A DNA stretch of 64,000 bases from the NCBI GenBank assembly GCA_044229975.1, contig JBGARZ010000003.1, positions 544,001 to 608,000 of the forward strand. The letters run 5' to 3'. Of this stretch, positions 50,491 to 60,176 are shown piece after piece. The DNA comes from Polyangiales bacterium (GTDB lineage: Bacteria > Myxococcota_A > Polyangia > Polyangiales > Ga0077539). Position 1 is the stretch's first letter, and each line of letters starts with the position of its first letter. A model generated the notes under the pieces. That model was not told the origin of the DNA. It saw nothing but the letters and a program-made list of their open reading frames with translations, and searched no databases. The position numbers were made by a program, and so were the translations under genes.

Positions 50491-51840
50491 ATGAAGTCCC
50501 TTCGAATCGGATCGTTGGCGGTTCTCACCTGCGCGGGTCTTCTCGCGAGCACCACCGCCTTCGCCCAGCAACCCGCCACACCGCCCGCTACGCCGCCCAG
50601 CACGGCGCGCGGCACCGGCCGCGACCTCTCCCTCGCCGTCGGTGAGCAGGTCCTCGTCCCCGCCGATGGCATCCGGCAGTTCTCCGAAGGGACGCCCGGC
50701 ATCGTCGATGTCCGCACCCCCGCCGACGGGCGCAACCTCGTCGTCGTCGGCCAGCGCGCGGGCGCCACAACCCTGCTCCTCATCCGCACCTCTGGCGCGC
50801 AGGAGACCCTCCAGATCACCGTCTTCGCGCGCCGCCCCGAGGCCGTGCAAGCCGAGATCGAGAACCTCCTCGAAGGCTACAACGGTGTGCAGATCCGCCG
50901 CATCGGCGCGCGCCTCTACCTCGAAGGCGGCGTCGCCTCCGATCAGCAGCAGCACCGCGTGCAGCAGATCGCGGCGCTCTACCCCGGCCAGGTCGAGTCG
51001 CTGGTTTCCATCGACGCCACCATCGTCGAGCGGCGCATCAACGTCCGCCTCGACCTCTACTTCGTCGACTTCGCCACCAACAACGGCCGCCAGGTCGGCA
51101 TCGCCTGGCCTTCGTACATCGGCGGCAATCCCCCCAACGCCCAAGGGACCGCGACCATCAACCTCGTCGCCCCGATGGGCATGGGCGGCGTCGGTGAGGG
51201 CGTTCAGCTCGCCCAGGCCATCATCACCAACCAGCCGCTGCCGCGCCTCGACATCGCCAGCAACGGCGGCTGGGCGCGCATCCTCCGCCAGGCGACGGTC
51301 ATCACCGCTAACGGCAACGAGGCCGTCTACCGCAACGGCGGCGAGCTCAACTTCAAGCTCCTCGGCTCCAACGGGTCGGCCTCGCTCGCGACCATCAACT
51401 ACGGCACCAACCTCACCGTTACGCCGCGCTTCGATCCGCAGAGCTCCCGCATCGACATCCGCGTCAACGCGGACATCAGCGACCCCATCGAAAACGGCGG
51501 CGACATGCCGGGGCGCAACATCTCGCACGTCCAGACGCTGGTGAACCTCCAGCTCGGGCAGTCCATCGTGATGTCGGGCTTTCGCTCGCGGCAGCAGTCG
51601 CAGGGCTCCAACGGCCTGCCGGGTCTGCGGCAGATCCCCATCCTCGGTTACCTCTTCGGCTCCGAGCGCAACGCCGAGCAGGAGCACGAGGGCATGATCT
51701 TCATCGTTCCGACGGTGGTCGAAGGGCTCTCGCGCAGCGCACAAGACCGCGTGGCCGAAGCGCTGCGCCAGTACGAGCAGTTCTCCGGGGACGTCGACGA
51801 GGTGCGCCTCTACGAGCCCACCGGAACCCAGTACCGCTGA
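50491..51840 (+). CDS. cpaC: Tad secretin CpaC/RcpA
   Basis: Signal peptide, GATTLL N-domain, LQLGQSIVMSG...LPGLRQIPILGYLFGS...IFIVP. Confidence 0.88.
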   Translation: MKSLRIGSLAVLTCAGLLASTTAFAQQPATPPATPPSTARGTGRDLSLAVGEQVLVPADGIRQFSEGTPGIVDVRTPADGRNLVVVGQRAGATTLLLIRTSGAQETLQITVFARRPEAVQAEIENLLEGYNGVQIRRIGARLYLEGGVASDQQQHRVQQIAALYPGQVESLVSIDATIVERRINVRLDLYFVDFATNNGRQVGIAWPSYIGGNPPNAQGTATINLVAPMGMGGVGEGVQLAQAIITNQPLPRLDIASNGGWARILRQATVITANGNEAVYRNGGELNFKLLGSNGSASLATINYGTNLTVTPRFDPQSSRIDIRVNADISDPIENGGDMPGRNISHVQTLVNLQLGQSIVMSGFRSRQQSQGSNGLPGLRQIPILGYLFGSERNAEQEHEGMIFIVPTVVEGLSRSAQDRVAEALRQYEQFSGDVDEVRLYEPTGTQYR

Positions 51841-51868
51841 AGGGCGGAGGAGGAGAGAGGGCATCGCG

Positions 51869-53692
51869 ATGGACCAGGTGCTCCTCTCGATCGAGACCCC
51901 GAACGCGCCGCCCATGACCTACATGGTGCCGTCCGGGGGGGAGATCTCCATCGGGCGCGACGAGACCTGCACCGTGGTGCTGGCCTCGCCGGACATCTCC
52001 CGGCGACACGTCTCGGTGATGATCCAGTCGTCGGCCATCGTGGTGCGCGACTCGTCCTCCAACGGCACGCAGGTGGGGTCGCAGCGGGTGTTCCGCTCGG
52101 AGATTCCGGTGCCCTTCGGGACGCCCATCCTCGTGGGGCCGTACATCATCCGCGTGGTGCGGCAGGCGCCCACCGCCGTGGGCCCGTCGGGCTCGCCGAC
52201 CATCATGCCCGGCCAGGGCCCCGCGCTGCCGCCGTTGCCGGGGAGGCCCAACAACGGTCCGCCACCCCACGCCGCGTCGCAGGGGATGAACGGCCTCGGC
52301 GTCACCGCGCACAGCCCCGACCCGCGACCGCGCACGGTGATGCCCACGCAGATGGGGCAGCAGGCGCCCGCGCCACCGCCCGCCCCGGCCGCAGCCTACC
52401 GACCGGGGGGCGGAACGTCGGGCACGATGCACGTCTCCGTCGAGCTGCGTCGGCGCATCCACCGGATGCTGCTCGACAACCTCGACCTCGCGGTGCTCGA
52501 CCGCTCGAAGATGGGCGACGCGCAGATGCGCCCCAAGGTGCGCGACGCCCTGAAGCGCATCGTCGCGCAGGTCGCCAACGAGATTCCGCCTGGCACCGAC
52601 CAGGACAAGCTGATGCAGGAGATCTCCGACGAGGCGCTCGGCCTCGGTCCCCTGGAGCAGTTCCTCGCCGACGGGACCATCTCGGAAATCATGGTCGTCG
52701 ACCCGCAGACGATCTTCGTCGAGCGGCGCGGCAAGCTGCAACGCGCCGACGCGCGCTTCACCGACGACGAGGCCGTCCGCTCGTGCATCGAGCGCATCGT
52801 CACCCCGCTCGGCCGCCGCATCGACGAGAGCACGCCGCTCGTCGACGCCCGCCTGAAAGACGGCTCGCGCGTCAACGCGGTGATTCGCCCGCTCGCCATC
52901 AAGGGCGCGTGCATCACGATCCGCAAGTTCTCCAAGACCCCGCTCACCCTCCAGAACCTCATCGAGTTTGGTGCGCTCACCGAGCAGATGGCCCGCTTCC
53001 TCACCCGCTCGGTCATCGCCAAGAAGAACATCGTCATCTCGGGCGGCACCGGCTCCGGCAAGACCACCACGCTCAACGTTCTCTCGGCCGCAATCCCCAA
53101 GGAGGAGCGCATCGTCACCATCGAGGACGCCGCCGAGCTCCAGCTCAGCCAGCCCCACGTGGTGTCGCTCGAATCGCGCCCCGCCAACATGGAAGGCAAA
53201 GGCGAGTACACCATCCGCGACCTCGTGAAGAACGCCCTCCGCATGCGCCCCGACCGCATCGTGGTCGGCGAGTGCCGCGGCGGCGAGTGCCTCGACATGC
53301 TCCAGGCCATGAACACCGGCCACGACGGCTCGCTCACCACCACGCACGCCAACTCCCCGCGCGAGGCCATCAACCGCCTCGAAGTGCTCGCGCTCATGAG
53401 CGGCATCGACCTCCCATCGCGCGCCATCCGCGAGCAGATCGCCAACAGCGTTCACGTCGTGGTGCAGCAGTCGCGCTTCTCGGACGGGTCGCGGCGCATC
53501 ACCTCCATCGCCGAGGTCATCGGCATGGATGACAACTTCGAGATCCAGCTCCGGCCCATCTTCGAGTTTCAGCGATCGGGCATCGGGGACGACGGCAAGG
53601 TGCTCGGCGAGTACCGCCCCACCGGCTACCTCCCCTCGTACCTCGACGCCTTCGTCTCCTACGGACTGGTGAAGGGGAAGGACTTCCTATGA
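51869..53692 (+). CDS. cpaF: FHA-domain-fused CpaF/TadA pilus ATPase
   Basis: FHA (IGRD...ISRRH...SSNGT), Pro-rich linker, GLGPLE, SGGTGSGKTT, LRMRPDRIVVGECRG, MNTGHDGS. Confidence 0.96.
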   Translation: MDQVLLSIETPNAPPMTYMVPSGGEISIGRDETCTVVLASPDISRRHVSVMIQSSAIVVRDSSSNGTQVGSQRVFRSEIPVPFGTPILVGPYIIRVVRQAPTAVGPSGSPTIMPGQGPALPPLPGRPNNGPPPHAASQGMNGLGVTAHSPDPRPRTVMPTQMGQQAPAPPPAPAAAYRPGGGTSGTMHVSVELRRRIHRMLLDNLDLAVLDRSKMGDAQMRPKVRDALKRIVAQVANEIPPGTDQDKLMQEISDEALGLGPLEQFLADGTISEIMVVDPQTIFVERRGKLQRADARFTDDEAVRSCIERIVTPLGRRIDESTPLVDARLKDGSRVNAVIRPLAIKGACITIRKFSKTPLTLQNLIEFGALTEQMARFLTRSVIAKKNIVISGGTGSGKTTTLNVLSAAIPKEERIVTIEDAAELQLSQPHVVSLESRPANMEGKGEYTIRDLVKNALRMRPDRIVVGECRGGECLDMLQAMNTGHDGSLTTTHANSPREAINRLEVLALMSGIDLPSRAIREQIANSVHVVVQQSRFSDGSRRITSIAEVIGMDDNFEIQLRPIFEFQRSGIGDDGKVLGEYRPTGYLPSYLDAFVSYGLVKGKDFL

Positions 53693-54582
53693 CCGCCGCG
53701 CCGCAGACGATGCTCATGGGCTGGATCGGCCTGCTGATGTTTCCGCTGGGCTTCGCAGCGGCCATCTACGTGACGCTGACCTTCCCCGACAGCCCGCTGC
53801 ACCAGGCGTACTCCCGCTACGCCAAGCACATCGACGTCGAGCTGCGGTCGATGTTCATCCAGAACCCCACCGGCAAGCAGGTCACCAACTGGCAGCTCGG
53901 CATCATCGCCGCGCTCCTGCTCTTCGAGCCGGCCCACCTCGCCATCATGGGCGTCGCGTCGGGCATCCCCGTCGCGCTCGTCGGCGTCCCCATCACCGCC
54001 ATCGCGCCGAAGATCTGGATCAGCGACGCCCGCGCCAAGCGGCAGCTCGCCATCGAGGCCCAGCTCGACACCTTCCTCCTCGCGCTCGCCAACGCACTCA
54101 AGGCGTCGCCCTCGCTCGGCGATGCGCTCGGCGCCTGCGCCATCCTCATGCGCGCGCCGATGAAGCAGGAGCTGGAGCTCACCATGAAGGAGAACCAGCT
54201 CGGCATGCCCCTCGACACCGCGCTGCTCAACATGGCGACGCGCGTCGGCACCCGCGCGTTCTCGGGCGCGCTCACCACGGTGCTCATCGGGCGGCAGACC
54301 GGCGGTGACCTCCCGAAGATCCTCGAGACGAGCGCCTCGACGCTGCGCGAGATGGCGCGCCTCGAAGGCGTCGTGCGCACCAAGACCGCCGAGGGTCGCG
54401 CGCAGGCGTGGGTGCTCGGGGTGATTCCCCCGATGCTCGTGCTGCTCCTCAACTGGATGGACCCGGAGTGGCTGCGGCCGCTCTCCACCAACTTCATCGG
54501 CTACATCATCTCCAGCATCGCGGTGATCTTCTGGGTGGCGGCCGTGTTCGCCGCGCGGAAGATCCTCGCGGTGGACATCTGA
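53689..54582 (+). CDS. tadB: TadB (T2SS F-family) inner-membrane platform
   Basis: QTGGDL..IL......RE...L......TAEGR.QA. Confidence 0.9.
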   Translation: MTAAPQTMLMGWIGLLMFPLGFAAAIYVTLTFPDSPLHQAYSRYAKHIDVELRSMFIQNPTGKQVTNWQLGIIAALLLFEPAHLAIMGVASGIPVALVGVPITAIAPKIWISDARAKRQLAIEAQLDTFLLALANALKASPSLGDALGACAILMRAPMKQELELTMKENQLGMPLDTALLNMATRVGTRAFSGALTTVLIGRQTGGDLPKILETSASTLREMARLEGVVRTKTAEGRAQAWVLGVIPPMLVLLLNWMDPEWLRPLSTNFIGYIISSIAVIFWVAAVFAARKILAVDI

Positions 54583-54604
54583 GCGCGAAGGGACGCGAGA
54601 CGCG

Positions 54605-55513
54605 ATGACTCCCTCCACAGAACTCCTCGGCTTCGTCGCCCTCGGGCTGCTCGCCCTGGCCGTCGCGACGGTGATCTACCAGTTCGCGCTCACCCCGGCC
54701 GACCTCCAGCCCGACGTCGGACAGAAGGGACTGAAGCGCAAAGCCGTGCTCGAAGAGGAGGGCCTCTTCAACACCATCGAGCCGCTCATGCGCTGGCTCG
54801 CGCGGCGCATCGCGGGCCTCCCCCTCGACGAGACCCGCGACCGCATCAACACCCAGCTCCGTCAGTCGGGCGAGTACCTCGGGCTCACCGCCGACGAGTA
54901 CCTCGCGCTGTGCGTGCTGTCAGCGCTCGGGATGCTCGTGTCGGGCCTCGTCATCGACAAGCTCTCCAACATCGGCGGCATCGTGGTGCTGATGTTCGTG
55001 GGCTTCGGATCGATCCTCCCGCACATGCAGGTGTCGGGTGAGATCGAGCGGCGCTTCAAGCAGGTCAACCGCGGATTGCCGGGCGCCATCGACCTCGTGG
55101 CCCTCACCATGAGCGCGGGCCTCGACTTCCCCGGCGCGCTCCGACAGGTGACCGAGAAGACCGCCGACAAGAGCGACGCCCTCTACGAAGAGCTCACCCG
55201 CATCCTCCAGGAGCTGGAGCTCGGTCGCACCCGCAAGCAGGCGCTCTTGTCGTTCGCGGAGCGCAGCCCGACCGAGTCGGTGCGCGACTTCGTCTCGGCG
55301 GTGGTGCAGGCCGAGGAGAAGGGCAACCCGTTGGCCGAGGTGCTCCAGATCCAGGCGACGATGCTCCGCATGCGGCGCAGCATCGCGGCGGAGGAGAGCG
55401 CCGCGCGCGCGGGCGTGCTGATGATGGGCCCGCTCCTGCTCATCTTCTGCACCATCATGATGATCATCCTCGGGCCGTTCGCGGTGAACATCGCGGCCGG
55501 CAAGGGAATCTGA
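54605..55513 (+). CDS. tadC: TadC (T2SS F-family) inner-membrane platform
   Basis: LPGAIDL...MSAGL.F..AL, QAEEKGNPLAEVL, AEESA. Confidence 0.9.
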   Translation: MTPSTELLGFVALGLLALAVATVIYQFALTPADLQPDVGQKGLKRKAVLEEEGLFNTIEPLMRWLARRIAGLPLDETRDRINTQLRQSGEYLGLTADEYLALCVLSALGMLVSGLVIDKLSNIGGIVVLMFVGFGSILPHMQVSGEIERRFKQVNRGLPGAIDLVALTMSAGLDFPGALRQVTEKTADKSDALYEELTRILQELELGRTRKQALLSFAERSPTESVRDFVSAVVQAEEKGNPLAEVLQIQATMLRMRRSIAAEESAARAGVLMMGPLLLIFCTIMMIILGPFAVNIAAGKGI

Positions 55514-55527
55514 AAGGCTCCGCCGCG

Positions 55528-56421
55528 ATGGCCACCCCGCAGCTCGACGTCTACCTCCCCGACGGCTCGGTGCAGTCGTACCCCCTCACCGAAGAGCGCG
55601 TGGTGGTGGGCACCGCCTCGCGCTGCCTCGTGGTCATCGATCGCCCTGAGGTGGCCCCCGAGCACCTGCTGCTCTCGGCGCGCCCCGACGGCTGCTGGGT
55701 GGCCGTAGCGCGCGGCGTGACGACGCCGACGCTGCTCGACGGCGAGCCCTTCGAGCGCGGCGTGGTGGCGTGGGGACGAGCGCTCACCATCGGCCCGGTG
55801 CGCCTCGGCCTCAACGACGGCACCAAGGTCATCAAGAAGACGGGCAAGGACGGCGAGAAGAAGGAAGAGAAGGTCTCGCCGGTGCTGCTCATCGCGGCGG
55901 CGATCATCATTCCGTTCGCGTTGTACTCGTCGTTCAGCAACAGCAACAACGCGCCGCCCGCGCGCATCGGGACGCAGGCACCGGCGCTGTTCGATGATCC
56001 GCTGGTGCGGCCGTGCACGGCGACCGACCCGACGCTCAACCGCCAGTCGGCCGAGGAGAGCACGCGCGTGGCGCTGTCGAAGGCCGAGCGCATGCCGTTC
56101 CGCATGCAGGATGGCGTGGAGTCGGTGCTGTATTACACGCAGGCCGCGAGCTGCTACACGGCGGCGGGAGACGCGGCGTCGGCCGACCAGGCGTCGCGGC
56201 GGGCGGCGTCGATCAAGAACCGCCTGGAAGATGAGTACCGGGCGCATCGGTTCCGGTTGGAACGCGCGCTGGAGCAGTCGCGGACGGAAGACGCGCTGTT
56301 CGAGGTGCGGATGATCAAGGCGATGGTGAGCCACCGGCGCGGGCCGTATCAGGACGCGCTCGTGGCGCTGGAGCGGCAGCTCACGCTCCGGCTCGACCAG
56401 GCGCAGGCGGCGCAGCGCTGA
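55528..56421 (+). CDS. Degenerate FHA-like domain + TM + helical (TPR-like) protein
   Basis: VVGT...C..VI..PEVAPEH FHA-like start, TM at about residue 120; last gene of the operon. Confidence 0.68.
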   Translation: MATPQLDVYLPDGSVQSYPLTEERVVVGTASRCLVVIDRPEVAPEHLLLSARPDGCWVAVARGVTTPTLLDGEPFERGVVAWGRALTIGPVRLGLNDGTKVIKKTGKDGEKKEEKVSPVLLIAAAIIIPFALYSSFSNSNNAPPARIGTQAPALFDDPLVRPCTATDPTLNRQSAEESTRVALSKAERMPFRMQDGVESVLYYTQAASCYTAAGDAASADQASRRAASIKNRLEDEYRAHRFRLERALEQSRTEDALFEVRMIKAMVSHRRGPYQDALVALERQLTLRLDQAQAAQR

Positions 56422-56431
56422 CGGGGTTGAG

Positions 56432-56648
56432 GGCTGGGGTTCGGGCGTCGGCCCTCACCCCAGGCAATAACAAGCAGGCGCCCCGGACATCGTCCGGGGC
56501 TTACGAACGGGAACTCGTTCGACCTGGGGATTGCGGTCGCGACTCTCTGCCAGAGGGTCCGTCGAGCTCCGGTCCGAAAGCCCCGGACAATGTCCGGGGC
56601 GCCTGCTTGTTATTGCCTGGGGTGAGGGCCAACGCCCGAACCCCAGCC
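56432..56648. repeat. Long inverted-repeat doublet (REPIN-like)
   Basis: Core arms 56432-56502 and 56578-56648 (71 bp, 2 mismatches), extendable inward imperfectly; internal hairpin gccccggac-N3-gtccggggc. Confidence 0.92.
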
Positions 56649-56668
56649 ACGGACGCGAAGTGGTGACC

Positions 56669-56868
56669 GCAACGCTTGCGACGCCCCACTCGGGCGCCTG
56701 GATGGCGGTTGCAACCGTTGCAACGCCCGCCAAGGCGGCCTGGAAGGCGTCGCAACGGTTGTAAGCCCCGACAAGGCCGGGGAGTGGGCGCTTGCAACGG
56801 TTGCAACGGCCGACAAGGCGGCCTGGAGGGCGCTGCAACGGTTGTAATGGCCGCCAAGGCCGAGGAGT
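56669..56868. repeat. Tandem array of five 41/42-bp units with palindromic core TGCAACnGTTGYA
   Basis: Unit starts at 56669, 56711, 56752, 56794, 56835 (periods 42, 41, 42, 41); the first unit is the most degenerate. Confidence 0.88.
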
Positions 56869-57567
56869 TCAGCCGACGGGCGGGGGATCGACGGGCGGGG
56901 GCTCCGGGACGTCGTCAGACACCCCGACAGCGCGGTGCTGCTGGGCGAGGTCGTCGAAGACGAGCGGGAGCAGCTCCAGCCGATTGGCGTGGCGGAGCAC
57001 ACCGGTGATGAGCGCCTTGTTGGCGGTGTACACGGCGAGCCAGTCTTCGCGCGCGTCGACGATCTCGGGGCGGAGCATCGCGGCGTCGACCTTCTTGCTG
57101 CGCGACTCGGCTTCGAGCGCCGTGAGGGCGACAGCGTGGGCGCGAAACTCCGCGAGCCACTCCTGGTGGTTGGGCAGGGCGGCTCCGTGATGCTCGATGC
57201 GCGCGGCGACGTGCTTCACGAGCGCGATGAGCTTGAGCAGACGGCGGCGCGCGGCGACGGAGGGAACCTCGCGCTCGAAGAAGCTCGCGAGCGGAACGGG
57301 CGCTCCTTTGACGGACTCGACGTACTTGCCGAAGCGGACGACCGAGTCGCGCGCGTCGGCGACGGGGTCGCCGCCGGTCGCGGTGGGCGCAGGCTGGCGG
57401 TCGAGCACGAGCTTCATGGCGGCGTCGGCCGTCGCCTGCGAGGTGCCGGCGAACTTCACGGCGCCGTCGAGCGCGGGGACGAGCCCGAGGCAGACGGCGT
57501 CGAACTGCTCGCGCGCGAAGGCGCCGTAGATCTGGGTCTCCCGCGGGTCGATGTACGAATCACTCAT
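56869..57567 (-). CDS. Hypothetical, predicted all-alpha-helical protein (232 aa)
   Basis: GAAGGAG RBS, ATG at 57567 (MSDSYIDPRETQIYG...), amphipathic helices, Pro-rich end; no recognised motif. Confidence 0.8.
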   Translation of the reverse strand: MSDSYIDPRETQIYGAFAREQFDAVCLGLVPALDGAVKFAGTSQATADAAMKLVLDRQPAPTATGGDPVADARDSVVRFGKYVESVKGAPVPLASFFEREVPSVAARRRLLKLIALVKHVAARIEHHGAALPNHQEWLAEFRAHAVALTALEAESRSKKVDAAMLRPEIVDAREDWLAVYTANKALITGVLRHANRLELLPLVFDDLAQQHRAVGVSDDVPEPPPVDPPPVG

Positions 57568-57780
57568 GGGCGTTGCTCCTTCGGGCGAGGGGCGTCGCGG
57601 GTGATCCGCAGCGCCGATTGCCGCGGAGGGTTCATCGGTCGGAGTGACGGGCGGCTGAAGGGGCGCCGAACATTTCGAGTGCCACTCTTCAACGGCTGGG
57701 TGGCTATCGAGGAGAAGCGCAGGATATCGTCCCGTCACTTTGTGCGGCATCGAGTAGCGGTGCCGGGAGAGACGACGACG

Positions 57781-58941
57781 ATGATCACGCGAACGATCCC
57801 GGCCCTGTGGGCGTGTCTGCTGCTCGGCTGCTCCGATGGGGCCACGACGCCGACGCCGGGCGACGCCGGTGTCCAACCGGACGACGCGGCGGTCGCCGTC
57901 GACGTGGGCGGTGGGCCCGAAGACTCGGGGTGCGTGGAGTCCGACACCGAGTTCTGCACGCGGGTGTCCGCGGTCTGCGGGAGCGTCGCGGCGCCGGATG
58001 CGTGCGGCCGGTCGCGAGTCGTCACCTGCGGCCAATGCACCGAGTCGAAGGTGTGCAGCTCGACGTTTCAGTGCGTCTCGGTCGTCCGCTGGCAACGCAC
58101 GGGTGGGGGCCTCTCGTTCGTCTCCTACGAGGGTGTGGTGGGGTCGGGCGCGAACACCTTCGCGCTCCAGGGCAACGGCACGCTGGAGCGACTCGGCCCG
58201 ATGCTGACCGACCGGACCCGCGCCGCGATGTTGCCGCCCGAGAGCAACGGGTTGTTCGGTCGCGGATCGACCTTCTACGCGTTCGGGTACGGCTACGTCA
58301 CCCGCTACACCGGGATGACTGCCTCGCGGGTGGGCAACATCGTGGGGGAGGTAAAGGCTCTCAACGGGAGCGGCACCGAAGACCTGTGGGCCGCGATGCT
58401 GACGGGCGGCTTGCGCCATTGGGACGGCACTGCCTGGTCCTACAACAGCGACATCGACCTCCCCGGCGGCGCCAACTCCGACGTCCGCGGGCTCTACAGC
58501 TTCAGCGCCTCCGACGCCTGGGCGGTGGGCACCAACAGCGGGGCGTTTCACTGGGACGGCACCGCGTGGGTGCGCACGCCGACGGGGCTCGACAGCGTCA
58601 CGCTGCTCGGCGTGTGGGGCAGCGCGCCCGGCGACGTCTGGGCGGTCGGTGGCATCAGCGTCCTCAGCCGAACGCAGGGCTACCTGATCCGCTATCGGAG
58701 CGGCCGGTGGTCGCGGTCCGAGGTTCCCTCCATCACGGCCGTGCGAGCGATCCACGGCCTCTCGGCGTCCGACGTCTGGGCCGTCGGCGACGATGGGCTC
58801 ATCCTCCATTTCAACGGCACGCGTTGGGAAAACCAGTCGATTGCGGGCACGACCGAAGACTTCTACGGCGTCTGGGCGCAGGCCGCCGACGACGTCTGGG
58901 CCGTCGGCTCCGGCGGCATCATCGCGCACTACGGCCTGTAG
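57781..58941 (+). CDS. Lipoprotein with beta-propeller (DVWAVG) repeats
   Basis: Lipobox LLGC, Cys-rich module, repeated S..DVWAVG..G.I.H.DG..W. Confidence 0.82.
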   Translation: MITRTIPALWACLLLGCSDGATTPTPGDAGVQPDDAAVAVDVGGGPEDSGCVESDTEFCTRVSAVCGSVAAPDACGRSRVVTCGQCTESKVCSSTFQCVSVVRWQRTGGGLSFVSYEGVVGSGANTFALQGNGTLERLGPMLTDRTRAAMLPPESNGLFGRGSTFYAFGYGYVTRYTGMTASRVGNIVGEVKALNGSGTEDLWAAMLTGGLRHWDGTAWSYNSDIDLPGGANSDVRGLYSFSASDAWAVGTNSGAFHWDGTAWVRTPTGLDSVTLLGVWGSAPGDVWAVGGISVLSRTQGYLIRYRSGRWSRSEVPSITAVRAIHGLSASDVWAVGDDGLILHFNGTRWENQSIAGTTEDFYGVWAQAADDVWAVGSGGIIAHYGL

Positions 58942-58958
58942 CGAGGGGCCGACTCCGC

Positions 58959-60074
58959 TCAGCGCGGGCTGCTCGCGCAGCGGAACCCGATGTGGACGCC
59001 GTCACTCCAGTCGTAGTTCGCGATCCGCGAGCTCCCATGGACCTCGGTGGCGCGAACGTCTCGCCAAGAGCCGCCACGGATCGTGCGTTGGACCCTGTCA
59101 CCAGTGTTGCCGACGATGCAGAGGGGATTTCGTCGGCGGAAGGCACCGCCCCAGCAGTCGACACCGTAGACGCTGAACTCGTCGGCGGCCCACTCCGCGG
59201 CGCCTCCGACCAGGTCGTAGAACCCGCGCGAGGCGGGATAGGCGCCCGCGCTGCACGGTGACGTCCGTCTGGTCGGGGTGCTCCAGCAGAGCTGTGAGCC
59301 GGGCGGCTCTTCTCCCCATGGATAGGACAGGCTCGCGCCTGCCGTGGCTGCCAGCTCCAACTCCGCCTCGGTGGGCAGGCGCCCACCGTCCCAGACGCAA
59401 AACGCCTGAGACAGCGCCCACCCGAGTGAGTTCATGGCGTAGTCCTCGTGAGACCCCGGCGTGGTCGACCAACCAGCGCTCCGTCCGGGGTCGTGGACGC
59501 TGCCGCGGTACGGCAGCTCGACTCCCCCCGGGTAGTGGACGACTGGTCCTGGCGCCGGGTGCCCCGCGTCCCAGAACCGCCGAAACCGCGCGACCGTCAC
59601 CTCGTGAGTGTCGAGGTAGTAGTCGCTGACGCTGATGCGATCGAGGGCGGGCGATGCACCGTAGGCCAGGCTTTCACGCCCCATCGAAAAGGTTCCGCCG
59701 ACGACGCGCAACCGCCCGCACCCGACGACTGGCGTTGGCTCACAGCTCCGCTGCGACGACGGGTCACGCGCTGCGCAGGCGCCACCACCGCACGCTTCAC
59801 CCGCGTCGCAGGTCCGACCGCAGGCGCCGCAGTTGGCGCCGTCAGTCATGAGGTCGACGCACGCGTCGGCGCACGACGTGAGCCCAGTTGAGCAGGACGC
59901 CGCGTCAGTGCTTCCCGCATCCGTGGCCCCGTCGTTGAGAGTTATCGCGGACCCTTGGTCATCGCGCACTCCGTCCGTGACGCCTGGCACGTCCATTGAC
60001 GGACGAGTGTCAGACGCGCAGCCGACGAACATCGTGAGGACGGTCGACGCGCACCCCACTACGGCAACCTTCAT
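58959..60074 (-). CDS. FGE-sulfatase (SUMF1)-domain lipoprotein
   Basis: FVGC lipobox, D..NCGACG module, GGTFSMG, HEVTV, RLPTEAE, YPWG, RGGSW, GFRC. Confidence 0.88.
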   Translation of the reverse strand: MKVAVVGCASTVLTMFVGCASDTRPSMDVPGVTDGVRDDQGSAITLNDGATDAGSTDAASCSTGLTSCADACVDLMTDGANCGACGRTCDAGEACGGGACAARDPSSQRSCEPTPVVGCGRLRVVGGTFSMGRESLAYGASPALDRISVSDYYLDTHEVTVARFRRFWDAGHPAPGPVVHYPGGVELPYRGSVHDPGRSAGWSTTPGSHEDYAMNSLGWALSQAFCVWDGGRLPTEAELELAATAGASLSYPWGEEPPGSQLCWSTPTRRTSPCSAGAYPASRGFYDLVGGAAEWAADEFSVYGVDCWGGAFRRRNPLCIVGNTGDRVQRTIRGGSWRDVRATEVHGSSRIANYDWSDGVHIGFRCASSPR

Positions 60075-60176
60075 GGCGTCCACGGTAGCCTCCATTGGTC
60101 CAACACCACCAGTGCCTGCTGCCGCGCGTCTCCGAAGGCGCTCGAACACTTCCAGTACAACGCCGACTTCGAGTCT

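Noticed and set aside
56669..56868. CRISPR array
   Set aside because: Inter-core segments are only about 16 bp and recur alternately instead of being unique; no cas genes in the window.
57669..57684. Sigma-54 promoter for the helical-protein gene
   Set aside because: The minus strand has TGGCAC but GT instead of the conserved GC at -12.
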